Assembly (NCBI GenBank): GCA_963662655.2
Contig: CAXXTU010000002.1
Location: 288,001-352,000, forward strand
Length of the DNA stretch: 64,000 nucleotides
Source of the DNA: Candidatus Cloacimonadales bacterium
GTDB taxonomy: Bacteria; Cloacimonadota; Cloacimonadia; Cloacimonadales; JAIOQZ01
Reading direction: 5' to 3'
Shown piece after piece: positions 42,084-52,597 of the stretch. A program made the translations under genes and the position numbers. Positions within the stretch are counted from its first letter, which is position 1. Every line of letters starts with the position of its first letter. Below the pieces are notes generated by a model, which ran no database searches, had not been told where the DNA came from, and saw nothing but the letters and a program-made list of their open reading frames with translations.

Positions 42084-43396
42084 CTCTCCGCCTTGTTTCT
42101 CACACGTTCGGGAACGAATGGAAGTTTGTATGATACTCTGAACAATAGTTCGCTCAGGTAGGCCGATGCGCGGATCAGCCGGATGAAGTAGCCTTTGTAG
42201 AAGCTGAAAAGCAGGATGTACAGGAACAGATGAATGTCCTGATTTCGCTTGCCGTTCAGCGACCACGCGATGAGCATTTCCAGGAACACGACCGCGCTGG
42301 ATACCACATGGAAAATGATCATGATCGTGAGGAATGTATAAAACTTGAAGCTCAGGAAGAGCACCAGGAAGACCACAAAAGTCATGGTGAGTACGAGCTG
42401 GAAGAAAACGATGTCCATCCAGCCGATGAGGTTGTTGATAGAGAAGTTGCTCCACTCCAGGTTCAGGAGGTTGCGGTGCTTTCTCAGCTTGACCTTGATC
42501 ATACTGGTGTTCCAGCGGAATCGCTGCTTGATGAGCGCGTAAATCGTTTCCGGGACTTTCGTATAGCAGATGGCATCGTGAGCGAAATGCACGCGCCACT
42601 TCTTCTTTCTGACCTTTGTGGTGATGTCCGAGTCCTCGCCCGGTCCCACCGAGTAGCCGTGAACCGATTTGAGGATTGATCTCCGAAACGCGCCGAAAGC
42701 GCCGGACACGATGTAGAGGATGTTCACGCGGCTTCGGAAACGTCGCCCGGTGGCGATGCTCAGGAGGTATTCCATCGCCTGTAGGGCGGTCACGACGTTC
42801 GCGTTGGAATTGAGAACGCGCAGGTTGCCGCCAACCGCTCCCACCTCGGGATCATAGAAGTGGTAGAGGATGTTCTCGAACGCTCTGCGATGGAACAGGG
42901 TGTCTGAATCGATACCGATGATGTAGTCGCCCCGCGCATACTGGAGCGCGTGGTTCAGGGCGCTGGACTTCCCGCCTCTGACGCTGCTGCGTATCAGGGT
43001 GATTTCACCTCTGCGAGCCAGCGGTAAGGCCGTCTCGTAGGTTCCGTCGGTGGAGCAGTCGTCCGAAATGATGATTTGCAGGTTGTTATAGGTCTGTTCC
43101 TGCAAGGATCGAATCGTTTTGAGGATCGTGTCCTTTTCGTTCATCGATGGAACGATGACCGAAACCAACGGTCTTTCGCGGAAGAGACGCTCCTTCGCCC
43201 GGGCGCGGAAGAGATTGTCTTCCGCTGTTCTGCGCCTCGGATGCAAAAGGAATGTAAGGACGCGGGTAAAGAGATACCGCGGGAGGTCGAAAAGCAGGAA
43301 GAACGGCATGAAAATGAAGACGGTTTGCAAGCGCCAGTGCTGGCGCGCAAAGTCCTCCAGAAAGAAATATGCCGAGAATAAATCCTGCTCAAACAT
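42077..43396 (-). CDS. processive GT2 glycosyltransferase (PgaC/IcaA-like synthase)
   Basis: DD.STD, GKSSALN, DSD, GED and QRFRW motifs, TM helices. Confidence 0.9.
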   Translation of the reverse strand: MFEQDLFSAYFFLEDFARQHWRLQTVFIFMPFFLLFDLPRYLFTRVLTFLLHPRRRTAEDNLFRARAKERLFRERPLVSVIVPSMNEKDTILKTIRSLQEQTYNNLQIIISDDCSTDGTYETALPLARRGEITLIRSSVRGGKSSALNHALQYARGDYIIGIDSDTLFHRRAFENILYHFYDPEVGAVGGNLRVLNSNANVVTALQAMEYLLSIATGRRFRSRVNILYIVSGAFGAFRRSILKSVHGYSVGPGEDSDITTKVRKKKWRVHFAHDAICYTKVPETIYALIKQRFRWNTSMIKVKLRKHRNLLNLEWSNFSINNLIGWMDIVFFQLVLTMTFVVFLVLFLSFKFYTFLTIMIIFHVVSSAVVFLEMLIAWSLNGKRNQDIHLFLYILLFSFYKGYFIRLIRASAYLSELLFRVSYKLPFVPERVRNKAERW

Positions 43397-43414
43397 TTAC
43401 GGTTCCGTATCCCC

Positions 43415-44965
43415 TTAAAATTCTATGACATCGGTCTGTTTTACGAGTCTCTCCAGAAGCAGGTCTTCCGTTGTCCCGTCTTCCGGATATGTAACAAATT
43501 TAATGTCGAGTGTAAGCGCGGCTTTGATGCGCGATTGCGCCTTCTTCATGATGCCGTCGACGACACTCTTGGCACGCTTGCTGTCCGCTTCGGGAAGAAT
43601 GCTGACGAAGGAGTTCTTGTCGTACCGCGCCGGAATATCCACCTTCCAGAGGCTCTCTTTCAGGATCGCTGTAAGGTCGCGCAGGATATCGTGTGCCATC
43701 TCTTCGCCGCCCTGCTCGATGAAATCGTCCAGCCCGACAACCTCGAGCAGCACGAGTGAAAGCGGGCGCTCGAACTGTTCCGCTCGGCGAAGCTCCTCGC
43801 GGAACTTGGTGCGGAAATAGTTCAGGTTGTAGAGGTTGATGTCCTGATCCATCAATTCCTGCTCGAAATTGACTGCGAAGAACCGGCCCTGCTGAACCGC
43901 TTCGCTGGCCTTGTCGGTGATGACGAAGCTGTAGATATTGGAACGCAGCGCATCCCCCGCGTAAAACTCGTTCTTACAGTTGCGGCACTGGCAAAGCACG
44001 TCCGGTTCGGTGAACTTGTGCTGGTTCTTGTTGCAGACGAACATTTTTCCGGGCTTGTCGTAGTCTACGCCGATGGCTTCGAGTTCGTCCATGCACTTCG
44101 GGCAAACCAGCGAGAGACCGTGCATGAATTCACGCTCCGTTCCGATGTAACCGCATTTGTAGTGGTGAATGGTCGGCATGAGCGCGATATCCGGGCTTCG
44201 GTCGGTCGGGCAGACTTCCCTAAGGCTGATGTTGTGGTGCGTGCAGTTGGGGCATATCAGGATTTTATCGAAGAAATTGCGCTTTAGCGTCCCCTTTTCC
44301 TCGAGGTAATAAAGCTCCTGAAGCTCCATGCCGGGCTGAATATCGAAAAACTCGGTAACCTGGCGGTACTCATAGCCCGATTTGACCAGCATGTTGTAGG
44401 TGGGCTGTATTTCGACCACGTCCTCATCGATCATCTTCTTCAGGAAATCGAGGCGCTTCTTGTCCCGACTATCGATTGCAAGCGCTTTTCCCTCTCCGCC
44501 TCCGGACTCGGATGTCGTTACGATCTGAGCGCGCCGGAGCACACTCTGGATTCTTGCGGCGAGCTCTTCGGCGTCGTAGGGTTTGGTCATGTAATCGTCG
44601 ATACCGAGCTTGAGTGCTTTGATCTTGGTCTCCTGGGACACCTTGGCGGTCAGCATGATGATCGGGATATGGCTGATCTTTGAGTTGCCGCGGATCGCCT
44701 GGGCGACCTCGTAGCCATCCATCCCGGGCATGAGAAGGTCAAGAATGATTAGGTCCGGTGGATCGTTATCGATGAACTCCAGGGCTTTTTCACCGGAATT
44801 CACGGAAAAACTGTTGTAACCAAGCTTTCTGAGACGCGTGGTGATGATCTTGTTGAGAACAATTTCATCATCGACGACAAGAATCTTTTTCTTCCCGTCA
44901 TTTTCCTCAGTCGGATCGTTCTGCATATCCAACTGTTCGCTATCCATCTCTTTTTTTTCTTCCAT
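43415..44965 (-). CDS. response regulator with a Cys-rich TackOD1-like domain and a degenerate GGDEF domain
   Basis: REC DLLMP, multiple CxxC with GVDYDKPG, ARYDKNSF in place of ARxGGDEF. Confidence 0.8.
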   Translation of the reverse strand: MEEKKEMDSEQLDMQNDPTEENDGKKKILVVDDEIVLNKIITTRLRKLGYNSFSVNSGEKALEFIDNDPPDLIILDLLMPGMDGYEVAQAIRGNSKISHIPIIMLTAKVSQETKIKALKLGIDDYMTKPYDAEELAARIQSVLRRAQIVTTSESGGGEGKALAIDSRDKKRLDFLKKMIDEDVVEIQPTYNMLVKSGYEYRQVTEFFDIQPGMELQELYYLEEKGTLKRNFFDKILICPNCTHHNISLREVCPTDRSPDIALMPTIHHYKCGYIGTEREFMHGLSLVCPKCMDELEAIGVDYDKPGKMFVCNKNQHKFTEPDVLCQCRNCKNEFYAGDALRSNIYSFVITDKASEAVQQGRFFAVNFEQELMDQDINLYNLNYFRTKFREELRRAEQFERPLSLVLLEVVGLDDFIEQGGEEMAHDILRDLTAILKESLWKVDIPARYDKNSFVSILPEADSKRAKSVVDGIMKKAQSRIKAALTLDIKFVTYPEDGTTEDLLLERLVKQTDVIEF

Positions 44966-44973
44966 TACTCACT

Positions 44974-47676
44974 CTACCTAAGGTATTTATTCGTTAACAT
45001 TTCGCGGATCAGGCTGAAGCGTTCTTCAATAATCTCGATCCATCCGGGTATTTCCGGGTCGAAATCCGTTTCGCTGCTATGCTCAATCCGCTCACTGATG
45101 CTACCAACTCCAATGATCCCTAAGGAAAGACTATTCGATTTCAGTGAATGGGCAAATCGATTCAGGTCGGCAAGATTCCTCTCTTCGTATGCATTTCTCA
45201 TGCCACCGATGAGTATCTCCACCTGATCGATGTATGTGCCGATAACATCCACCATCTCTTCTTCGAGGGGCATCAATTCTTTTTCAAGACGTTCAAAATC
45301 AATAAGTTTTTCATCGTCGTTTTTAAAAATTTGTTTGTTTGTTTCCGGTTCGAAACTCTGTTGCTTGAGCATTGAAAGTAAATCCTCTACATTGAACGGT
45401 TTCCCGAGATATCCATCCACTCCGGCAGAATCGAGCTTGCTCTTGATGTCCTGATAGTCGTATGAGGTTGACACGATGATCCGCGGTTGGTGTTCCACCG
45501 GGAGGGTCGTTTTGATTTCCTCCGCTACTTCGATTCCGCTGCGTCCCGGCAGGTTGACATCGATAATCAGCAGGTTGTATTTGTGGCGACGCAAAATCTG
45601 AATCGCTTCATCTCCGGTTGAGGCGATATCGGCGTGATACCCGAATTTACTCAGGTAATTTCCGATGATCTTCTGCTCGAAAATGTTATCGTCGCAAACG
45701 AGAATTTTGGCAGGGAAAGCTTCCGATAACTGTGCGTTCAGCTCAGGCAGGATTCTATTATGTTTTGACTTGTTGATGTCCAAATGGAGTGCGCTCGCGA
45801 ATCCCAGATAAAGGTTCCTTTCTTTCAACGGTTTTTCCAGGGTGTATGCCTTCTTCGACAGCAAATCGTCCCTGATGGTATGTATCTGGTTTCGGCTTCC
45901 CAATACCAGAACCGGCAGCTTCTCCTCGCTGTATTCGAGGCGTAAACGATTCAGAAGCCCGAGATTCCGATTACCGTACAAGGGCACAGACATGATTACC
46001 GCGTCGGCCTGATCGAGCGCGTTTTTTATCTCGCTGATGTTCAGGGTGTAATCGACTCGCTCGAATCGGACGCTCCAGCTTTCCGCGTAGAGGGGAATAA
46101 TTTTCCTGAGTGTGATGTCGGAGCCGATTCCCAGGATGCGCTTGTTCTTCAATGTTTGCTTTACTTCGTCGACGATAGCGGGAGCTACATTTTCGCCGGC
46201 TTCGGTCTGTACGGTGAAATGGAAGGTGGAGCCGTGGCCAACTTTGGACTCCGCCCATATCTTGCCTCCAAGCAGTTCTGAAAGCTGCCTGCAAATCGTG
46301 AGGCCAAGCCCCGTACCGCCGTGTCTTTTAAATATGCTTGAATCGGCCTGATTGAACGCCATGAATACCTTTTCGATCTGGTCTTCGCTGATTCCCGATC
46401 CGGTATCCTGCACCTGGAAGTGAACTTCGACCTGATTATTGGGCATTATCTTGGAGTCCACGTATATAGATATATTTCCGATCGTCGTGAACTTGATGGC
46501 GTTACTGAGGAGATTCAGCAGTATCTGGCGAATTCGATCCATGTCGCTCACAATTTCCCGCGGTGTGTCCGGGTGAATGTAGTACGCGAGCTCCAGCCGC
46601 TTCTCGTCGGCGGTTTGAGATACGACCTTCAGCGCTTCTTCAACGCAATCGTGCAGGCGGAATGGCCGATTGATAATTTGCAGCCTCCCCGCTTCGATCT
46701 TCGAGAAGTCCATCAGGTCGTTGATGATTGTAAGCAGGGCGTTGCCGCTGATCTGCAAGATGTTCAAATAATCTTCCTGAACCGGATTGAGCTTCGTGTC
46801 GTTCATGAGTGTGAGAATGCCCAGCATGGAGCTTATGGGCGTCCGTATCTCATGCGTGATGTGCGAGAGGAAAAGCGTTCGGCTCTCGTTGGCTCGCTTG
46901 GCGCTCTCGATTGCCTTCCGGAGCTTTGCTTCCGTTTCCTTCAGGTGAGCCATATTGAGCATAACGCCCAGGAAGCCTTTCGTGTTCATGTATTCGAACT
47001 TCGATTCGCATAAGTGGATGTCCCAATCGATGCGGTTGCGGTTCAGTAGATGAATATCGTGATGATTTTGGGAGCTGTCCCTGGCCAGAATCTCTTCAAT
47101 GCTGTCGAGCAACCGGGCGGAAGGGGGTGGGAATACATCGTGATTGGTGAAGCCGATGATTCGCTCGACCGGTATGCCGCAAAGCTCTATGAATTCGCGA
47201 TTGCATCCACGATATATCAAATCTGCATCCTTGAAAAACACCGGATTGGGGATGTCGTCGATCAACGTTTGGATGAATCGAGCTTTGTCGGAGTGCGTCT
47301 CGTGCGGCCCATACAAAGTTGGATGGCTCGGTGAAGAGTTCTTTTTCACGATGTTCGAAATAAAAACAGACAAAACTTCATCCGGCCATTCCTGGCTTAG
47401 AAGCGTCAGGCTCGGGATCATCGCAACGTGCTTCAGATACAGGCCGGCATCGAACGTCATGCCCCAAACAGCCGCAGATGAATTTTGGCTCAAGATATCC
47501 AGTAATTGGCTTACCGGCGTACTCGAATCCAACAGGAACAGGATATGGTCATTCTGCGAAATGGTGATATCACGAAATGAATTCCAGTCGAAACAACGTA
47601 CTTCTATTTCCGGATTGCCCGACCGGATTAACTGGCAGAGGTTATCCGGAATATCTATCAAAAATATACTGTCCAC
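44974..47676 (-). CDS. hybrid sensor kinase (PAS-HisKA-HATPase-REC-REC-HPt)
   Basis: THEIRTP, NAIKFT, GGTGLGL, HSLKSNS. Confidence 0.92.
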   Translation of the reverse strand: MDSIFLIDIPDNLCQLIRSGNPEIEVRCFDWNSFRDITISQNDHILFLLDSSTPVSQLLDILSQNSSAAVWGMTFDAGLYLKHVAMIPSLTLLSQEWPDEVLSVFISNIVKKNSSPSHPTLYGPHETHSDKARFIQTLIDDIPNPVFFKDADLIYRGCNREFIELCGIPVERIIGFTNHDVFPPPSARLLDSIEEILARDSSQNHHDIHLLNRNRIDWDIHLCESKFEYMNTKGFLGVMLNMAHLKETEAKLRKAIESAKRANESRTLFLSHITHEIRTPISSMLGILTLMNDTKLNPVQEDYLNILQISGNALLTIINDLMDFSKIEAGRLQIINRPFRLHDCVEEALKVVSQTADEKRLELAYYIHPDTPREIVSDMDRIRQILLNLLSNAIKFTTIGNISIYVDSKIMPNNQVEVHFQVQDTGSGISEDQIEKVFMAFNQADSSIFKRHGGTGLGLTICRQLSELLGGKIWAESKVGHGSTFHFTVQTEAGENVAPAIVDEVKQTLKNKRILGIGSDITLRKIIPLYAESWSVRFERVDYTLNISEIKNALDQADAVIMSVPLYGNRNLGLLNRLRLEYSEEKLPVLVLGSRNQIHTIRDDLLSKKAYTLEKPLKERNLYLGFASALHLDINKSKHNRILPELNAQLSEAFPAKILVCDDNIFEQKIIGNYLSKFGYHADIASTGDEAIQILRRHKYNLLIIDVNLPGRSGIEVAEEIKTTLPVEHQPRIIVSTSYDYQDIKSKLDSAGVDGYLGKPFNVEDLLSMLKQQSFEPETNKQIFKNDDEKLIDFERLEKELMPLEEEMVDVIGTYIDQVEILIGGMRNAYEERNLADLNRFAHSLKSNSLSLGIIGVGSISERIEHSSETDFDPEIPGWIEIIEERFSLIREMLTNKYLR

Positions 47677-48062
47677 GTTACAATTATGCCTTTCCCTTGT
47701 GTTTATTTCTGTTCGTTTTCCCGGCGAAATCTGCGTGGACGATTCTCTGGATCGACGTTAAGCTTCCAAACATTTTGTCCCATCCACAAACTACGAAACA
47801 GCCATTTAATGTCAACATGAAAATCATATCTAAAAACCTGTTGTAAAGGATTTCACGAGCGCTTAACAGTCCGAATGTAAAACGGAGCAGCCTTCAAAAA
47901 CGTAGAACTACTTATGCCCCAATAAATTTCATTCCATGAAACGCTTTTTTAATTGACATTTCATATATCCATAAATATCGTGAAAACACGAAATTAATGC
48001 GATGGGAAATCGAACTCACTTGAAGTCTTCCATCGTAAAGCCAAATTATACTGGAGTGGTAC

Positions 48063-49496
48063 ATGACGTTCTCATCCGGGTTTCTGAAAAGATTTGAGGA
48101 ATTCATTGTTGAAAAGAAGCTGGTGCAAAAAAAGGAGCATATTCTTGTCGGCGTTTCGGGTGGGCCGGATTCCACGGCGTTATTGCAAGCGCTCTATTAT
48201 CTCCGTCCCAAGTACCGTTTGCACCTTTTAGCCGCCCACGTCAATTACAGTACCCGCGGCGAAGAATCCGACGCCGATGAAGCCTTTATCAAGAAACTTT
48301 GCTTCGAACGAAACATCGGTATTGTGGCTCGCCATGTGAAGATGACGCCCGAAACATCCAATTTCGAGAACGAAGCCCGAGAAATCAGGATGACGTACTT
48401 CGAGAAGCTGAAAACCCAGTATAAAATCCAGAAAATCGCGCTTGGGCACAACAAGGAAGACCAGGCGGAGACGGTTCTCTTCAGGATGTTCCGCGGCGCG
48501 GCCGTTTCGGGCTTGAAGGGGATTCTCCCCGCGAGCGGTGAGATCATTCACCCGCTTCTTCCTTTTTCCCGGGAGGAGATCGAGCAATTCCTCCGCGAGC
48601 AGGGCATCGAGTGGCGGGTCGATTCGAGCAACCTCGAGAACCACTACACGAGGAACCGGATCCGCAACGAGCTTTTCCCCTGGATCGAGAAGAACATCAA
48701 CCCGCAGATCGTGGACAAGCTCTACGACTCCGCCTGCATTTTCGGCGAGACGGAGGAGATTCTGCGGGATATCGTTCTGCGGAGATTGAACAAGCACAAC
48801 ATCAGCAAGATGGAAAATTCTCTGAAGATACCCATCTCTTTACTTGTTAAGCAGAAGCCTGTGCTTAGATTCTATATGTACCGTGAAATCTATAATTATC
48901 TCAAGGGAGACGAGAAGGACTTCTATACCGTTCATTTCGAGCGGATCGAACGTATCTTCGATTCACGCGGCAGCAAGAAGATCGATCTCCCATGCGATAT
49001 CGTGCTGATCAAGGAATACGATCACCTCATTTTCTGCAGGAAAGACGCGATCGAAAACCCCGATCAGGAAGCGGAACGAGAGCTTCCGACAATTCGCAAC
49101 CAGTTCACGTTCGGGAATCATCGATTTTACATGAAAAAGGTGAAACAACTACCGCAGAAGAAGCGTTCTGCCTTCGAGAGAAATATATGCTATCTCGATC
49201 TGGACAAAATCGAATTTCCTCTCCTGCTTCGTTATCGAAAACCCGGAGATCGTTTTTATCCTTTTGGTATGGAGCATTCCAAGAAGCTGAAGGATTTTTT
49301 CATTGACGAAAAGGTCTCGCGCTTCGAGAGAGATAACATTGTATTGCTGACAGACCAGAGCAAGATATTGTGGGTTTGCGGATATCGGGTGGATCAAAAA
49401 GCCTCGGTAACCGATGAGACAAAAAACATTCTGATGGTTCGCGAGGAGCGTTTCCAATCATCGCGTCCCCGCTCGGCCAGCAGAAAAAAGAAATAA
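48063..49496 (+). CDS. tilS: tRNA(Ile)-lysidine synthetase
   Basis: SGGPDS, H..DQAET, RNRIR. Confidence 0.96.
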   Translation: MTFSSGFLKRFEEFIVEKKLVQKKEHILVGVSGGPDSTALLQALYYLRPKYRLHLLAAHVNYSTRGEESDADEAFIKKLCFERNIGIVARHVKMTPETSNFENEAREIRMTYFEKLKTQYKIQKIALGHNKEDQAETVLFRMFRGAAVSGLKGILPASGEIIHPLLPFSREEIEQFLREQGIEWRVDSSNLENHYTRNRIRNELFPWIEKNINPQIVDKLYDSACIFGETEEILRDIVLRRLNKHNISKMENSLKIPISLLVKQKPVLRFYMYREIYNYLKGDEKDFYTVHFERIERIFDSRGSKKIDLPCDIVLIKEYDHLIFCRKDAIENPDQEAERELPTIRNQFTFGNHRFYMKKVKQLPQKKRSAFERNICYLDLDKIEFPLLLRYRKPGDRFYPFGMEHSKKLKDFFIDEKVSRFERDNIVLLTDQSKILWVCGYRVDQKASVTDETKNILMVREERFQSSRPRSASRKKK

Positions 49497-49506
49497 AGGA
49501 TATACC

Positions 49507-50043
49507 ATGAACACAGATATATCGACAATTCTTTTCGATGAAGGAATGATTCAGAAGCGCGTCCGCGAGCTGGGCTCCATCCTTTCCAAAAGGTACGAGA
49601 ACAACAACCCCGTGTTTATCTGCATACTTCGCGGCGGCGTGTTCTTTCTGACGGATTTGCTCCGCAGCATTACGATTCCGCTCGAGGTGGATTTCCTTTC
49701 CATCTCCAGCTACGGCAACAGCACGCAGTCGTCGGGTATCGTGAAAATCCGCAAGGACATCGATACCGATATCAATGGACGCGATGTGGTGATCGTCGAG
49801 GACATCGTGGATAGCGGGCTCTCCCTGCAGTATATCATCGAGTACCTGAAGAAGCACAATCCCGCTTCCGTTTGCACGTGCGTCCTTCTCGACAAGCCCC
49901 AGGCGCACAAGATTGACGTGGAAATCGATTACACTGGATTTGAAATTGGCAACGACTTTGTGGTCGGTTATGGGCTCGACTTTGCCGAGAGATATCGTAA
50001 CCTGCCATACATCGGCATTCTGAAAGAGGAAGTATATCAATGA
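49507..50043 (+). CDS. hpt: hypoxanthine phosphoribosyltransferase
   Basis: IVEDIVDSG, FVVGYGLD, YRNLPYI. Confidence 0.96.
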   Translation: MNTDISTILFDEGMIQKRVRELGSILSKRYENNNPVFICILRGGVFFLTDLLRSITIPLEVDFLSISSYGNSTQSSGIVKIRKDIDTDINGRDVVIVEDIVDSGLSLQYIIEYLKKHNPASVCTCVLLDKPQAHKIDVEIDYTGFEIGNDFVVGYGLDFAERYRNLPYIGILKEEVYQ

Positions 50044-52067
50044 ACAATGACCCGAAAGATCCGCGGGATCCCGGCAACCAGCCGAAAAAGGGATTCCCGA
50101 AATTCAAACGTACACAATCGATAACTCTTTGGATCGTTATTTTGCTGTTCCTGATCATCGCGTACAATATGTACATGCGTCAGGATGACATAAAAACAGT
50201 CACCTACTCCGAATTCATCGCCATGGCGGAACAGGGTTCCATCGTTCGCGCTGTGTTCAACGACCGCGATGTGCAGTTCTGGAACCTGAGTAACCAGAAG
50301 TTCCAGACACACATGCCTTACGACGATCCTACGCTGATCCGCGACCTGGCGAAGAAAGTGAACATCTCTTCGCAGAAACCGTCGAAGTTCCTTGCGATCC
50401 TTGTCGGATGGCTGCCGTTCCTGGTATTCATCGGATTCTGGATATTCATGATGCGATCCATGCAGGGCGGAGGAAACAAGGCGTTCAGCTTCGGCAAGAG
50501 TCGGGCGCGGCTCTTTGTCGGCGGAAAAACGAACAAGACATTCAAGGATGTCGCGGGTGTCGACGAGGCGAAGGAAGAGCTCGAAGAGATCGTAGAATAT
50601 TTGAAAGCCCCCGCGAAGTTCCAGCGCCTCGGCGGCAGAATTCCTCGCGGCGTTCTATTGCTCGGACGTCCGGGAACGGGCAAGACCCTCCTGGCGAAAG
50701 CCGTTGCCGGCGAAGCGGGTGTCCCGTTCTTCAGCATCAGCGGTTCCGACTTCGTAGAAATGTTTGTCGGCGTGGGCGCGTCCCGCGTCCGAGACCTCTT
50801 TGAGCAGGCGAAGCGCAACGCCCCGTGTATCGCGTTCATCGACGAGATCGACGCAGTTGGGCGCCATCGCGGAACCGGCCTCGGAGGAGGCCACGACGAA
50901 CGAGAGCAGACGTTGAACCAACTCCTGGTGGAAATGGATGGCTTTGAGGCGAACGATTCGGTGATCATCATCGCCGCGACAAACCGCGCCGACGTCCTCG
51001 ATCCGGCGCTTCTGCGTCCGGGACGATTCGATCGTCAGGTTATCGTGGATCTGCCGGACATCCTGGGTCGCGAAGAGATTCTCAAGGTGCACGTTCGCAA
51101 GCTTCCCATTTCCGATAACGTGAATCTCAAGATTATCGCCCGGGCGACTCCGGGCTTCAGCGGCGCCGATCTGGCGAATCTGGTCAACGAGGCCGCCTTG
51201 ATGGCTGCACGGCGCAACCGCAAGAAAATCGAGATGGATGATTTCGAAGAAGCGCGCGACAAGGAGACATTGGGCAAGGAGCGCAAGAGCAAGGTCATCT
51301 CCGAAGAAGAGAAGAAAATCACCGCCTACCACGAGGTGGGTCACGTGCTTTGCTCCATTTTCCAGGAAAAAACGGATACCCTGCACAAGGTAACCATCAT
51401 CCCGCGCGGGCTCGCCGGCGGTGTGACCCAGTACCTGGGCAAGGATCGCATGTACTACACCAAGGGATTCCTCGAGCAGCGTATCGTGATGTCTCTGGGC
51501 GGACGCGCAGCGGAAGAGCTCAAGTTTGGTGAAATCACCACGGGCGCTTCCAGCGATATCGAATACGCCACCTACCTTGCTCGCAAGATGGTCACCAAAT
51601 GGGGGATGAGCGACAACATCGGCCCCATGGCGATCGGTAAGGAAGATTCGCAGGTGTTTCTGGGCAAGGAACTCACGCAACGCGAATCGGTGAGCGAACA
51701 CACGGCAACGTCTGTCGACGCGGAGATTCGCGGGTTGATCATGAATGCCTACGAAACCGCTCGCAAGATTCTGGAAGAGCACATGGACGTCCTTGAGAAG
51801 ATGTCGGAAGCGCTCCTCGATAAAGAGACCCTCAATCTGGAAGAAATCTTCGAGATCATTCTGGAGACCGTCGAGGGCGAAGAGAAAGAGAGCATCAAGA
51901 AGAAATTCGAATCGTCCATGGAAATGCGCATGAGCGACGAGCGTACAGACGATAAAGAGCACGTGGAAGATGACGTTGAGTCGAAGTTCGAATCGACGGA
52001 AGAGCAATCTGACGGAGATGCGTCTTCAGAGACACCGGGAGGAAATGATGATGAATCCCGAGATTAG
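50040..52067 (+). CDS. ftsH: ATP-dependent Zn metalloprotease FtsH
   Basis: [32 protein letters not shown]. Confidence 0.97.
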   Translation: MNNDPKDPRDPGNQPKKGFPKFKRTQSITLWIVILLFLIIAYNMYMRQDDIKTVTYSEFIAMAEQGSIVRAVFNDRDVQFWNLSNQKFQTHMPYDDPTLIRDLAKKVNISSQKPSKFLAILVGWLPFLVFIGFWIFMMRSMQGGGNKAFSFGKSRARLFVGGKTNKTFKDVAGVDEAKEELEEIVEYLKAPAKFQRLGGRIPRGVLLLGRPGTGKTLLAKAVAGEAGVPFFSISGSDFVEMFVGVGASRVRDLFEQAKRNAPCIAFIDEIDAVGRHRGTGLGGGHDEREQTLNQLLVEMDGFEANDSVIIIAATNRADVLDPALLRPGRFDRQVIVDLPDILGREEILKVHVRKLPISDNVNLKIIARATPGFSGADLANLVNEAALMAARRNRKKIEMDDFEEARDKETLGKERKSKVISEEEKKITAYHEVGHVLCSIFQEKTDTLHKVTIIPRGLAGGVTQYLGKDRMYYTKGFLEQRIVMSLGGRAAEELKFGEITTGASSDIEYATYLARKMVTKWGMSDNIGPMAIGKEDSQVFLGKELTQRESVSEHTATSVDAEIRGLIMNAYETARKILEEHMDVLEKMSEALLDKETLNLEEIFEIILETVEGEEKESIKKKFESSMEMRMSDERTDDKEHVEDDVESKFESTEEQSDGDASSETPGGNDDESRD

Positions 52068-52587
52068 AGGAACGACGATCATCGGTATCCTCCGCGATGG
52101 CAAGCTGGCCATCGGAGGCGACGGCCAGGTGACCTTCGGACACACGGTTCTTAAGGCGAACGCCCTGAAAATCAGGCGGCTGTACCACGACAAGGTTATC
52201 GCTGGATTTGCTGGAGCGACGGCCGACGCCTTCACGCTTTTCGAGAAATTCGAGTCCAAGCTGCAAGAATACAAGGGAAACCTGAAGCGCGCAGCGGTCG
52301 AGCTCGCGAAGGACTGGCGGAGCGATAAAATTCTCCGCAGGCTGGAAGCGATGATCATCGTTGGCGATAAGGACAACCTCCTGCTGCTCTCCGGCACGGG
52401 CGATGTGGTGGAACCGGAAGACGGGATCGCCGCGATCGGCTCCGGCGGATCCTACGCACTCGCAGCAGCCCGGGCCCTGACAGAGAACACCGATATTCAG
52501 CCCAGCGAAATCGTGCGGAAATCGCTCGACATCGCGGCGGAGATATGCATCTACACCAACCACAATATCGTGGTTGACGAACTTTGA
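52051..52587 (+). CDS. hslV: ATP-dependent protease subunit HslV
   Basis: [24 protein letters not shown]. Confidence 0.96.
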   Translation: MNPEIRGTTIIGILRDGKLAIGGDGQVTFGHTVLKANALKIRRLYHDKVIAGFAGATADAFTLFEKFESKLQEYKGNLKRAAVELAKDWRSDKILRRLEAMIIVGDKDNLLLLSGTGDVVEPEDGIAAIGSGGSYALAAARALTENTDIQPSEIVRKSLDIAAEICIYTNHNIVVDEL

Positions 52588-52597
52588 GAGCTGCACT

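Noticed and set aside
42084..42599. N-terminal 172 aa of the 862-aa ORF
   Set aside because: Overlaps the GT2 gene in another frame. The likely start is the ATG at 42083, with a GGAG RBS and signal peptide.
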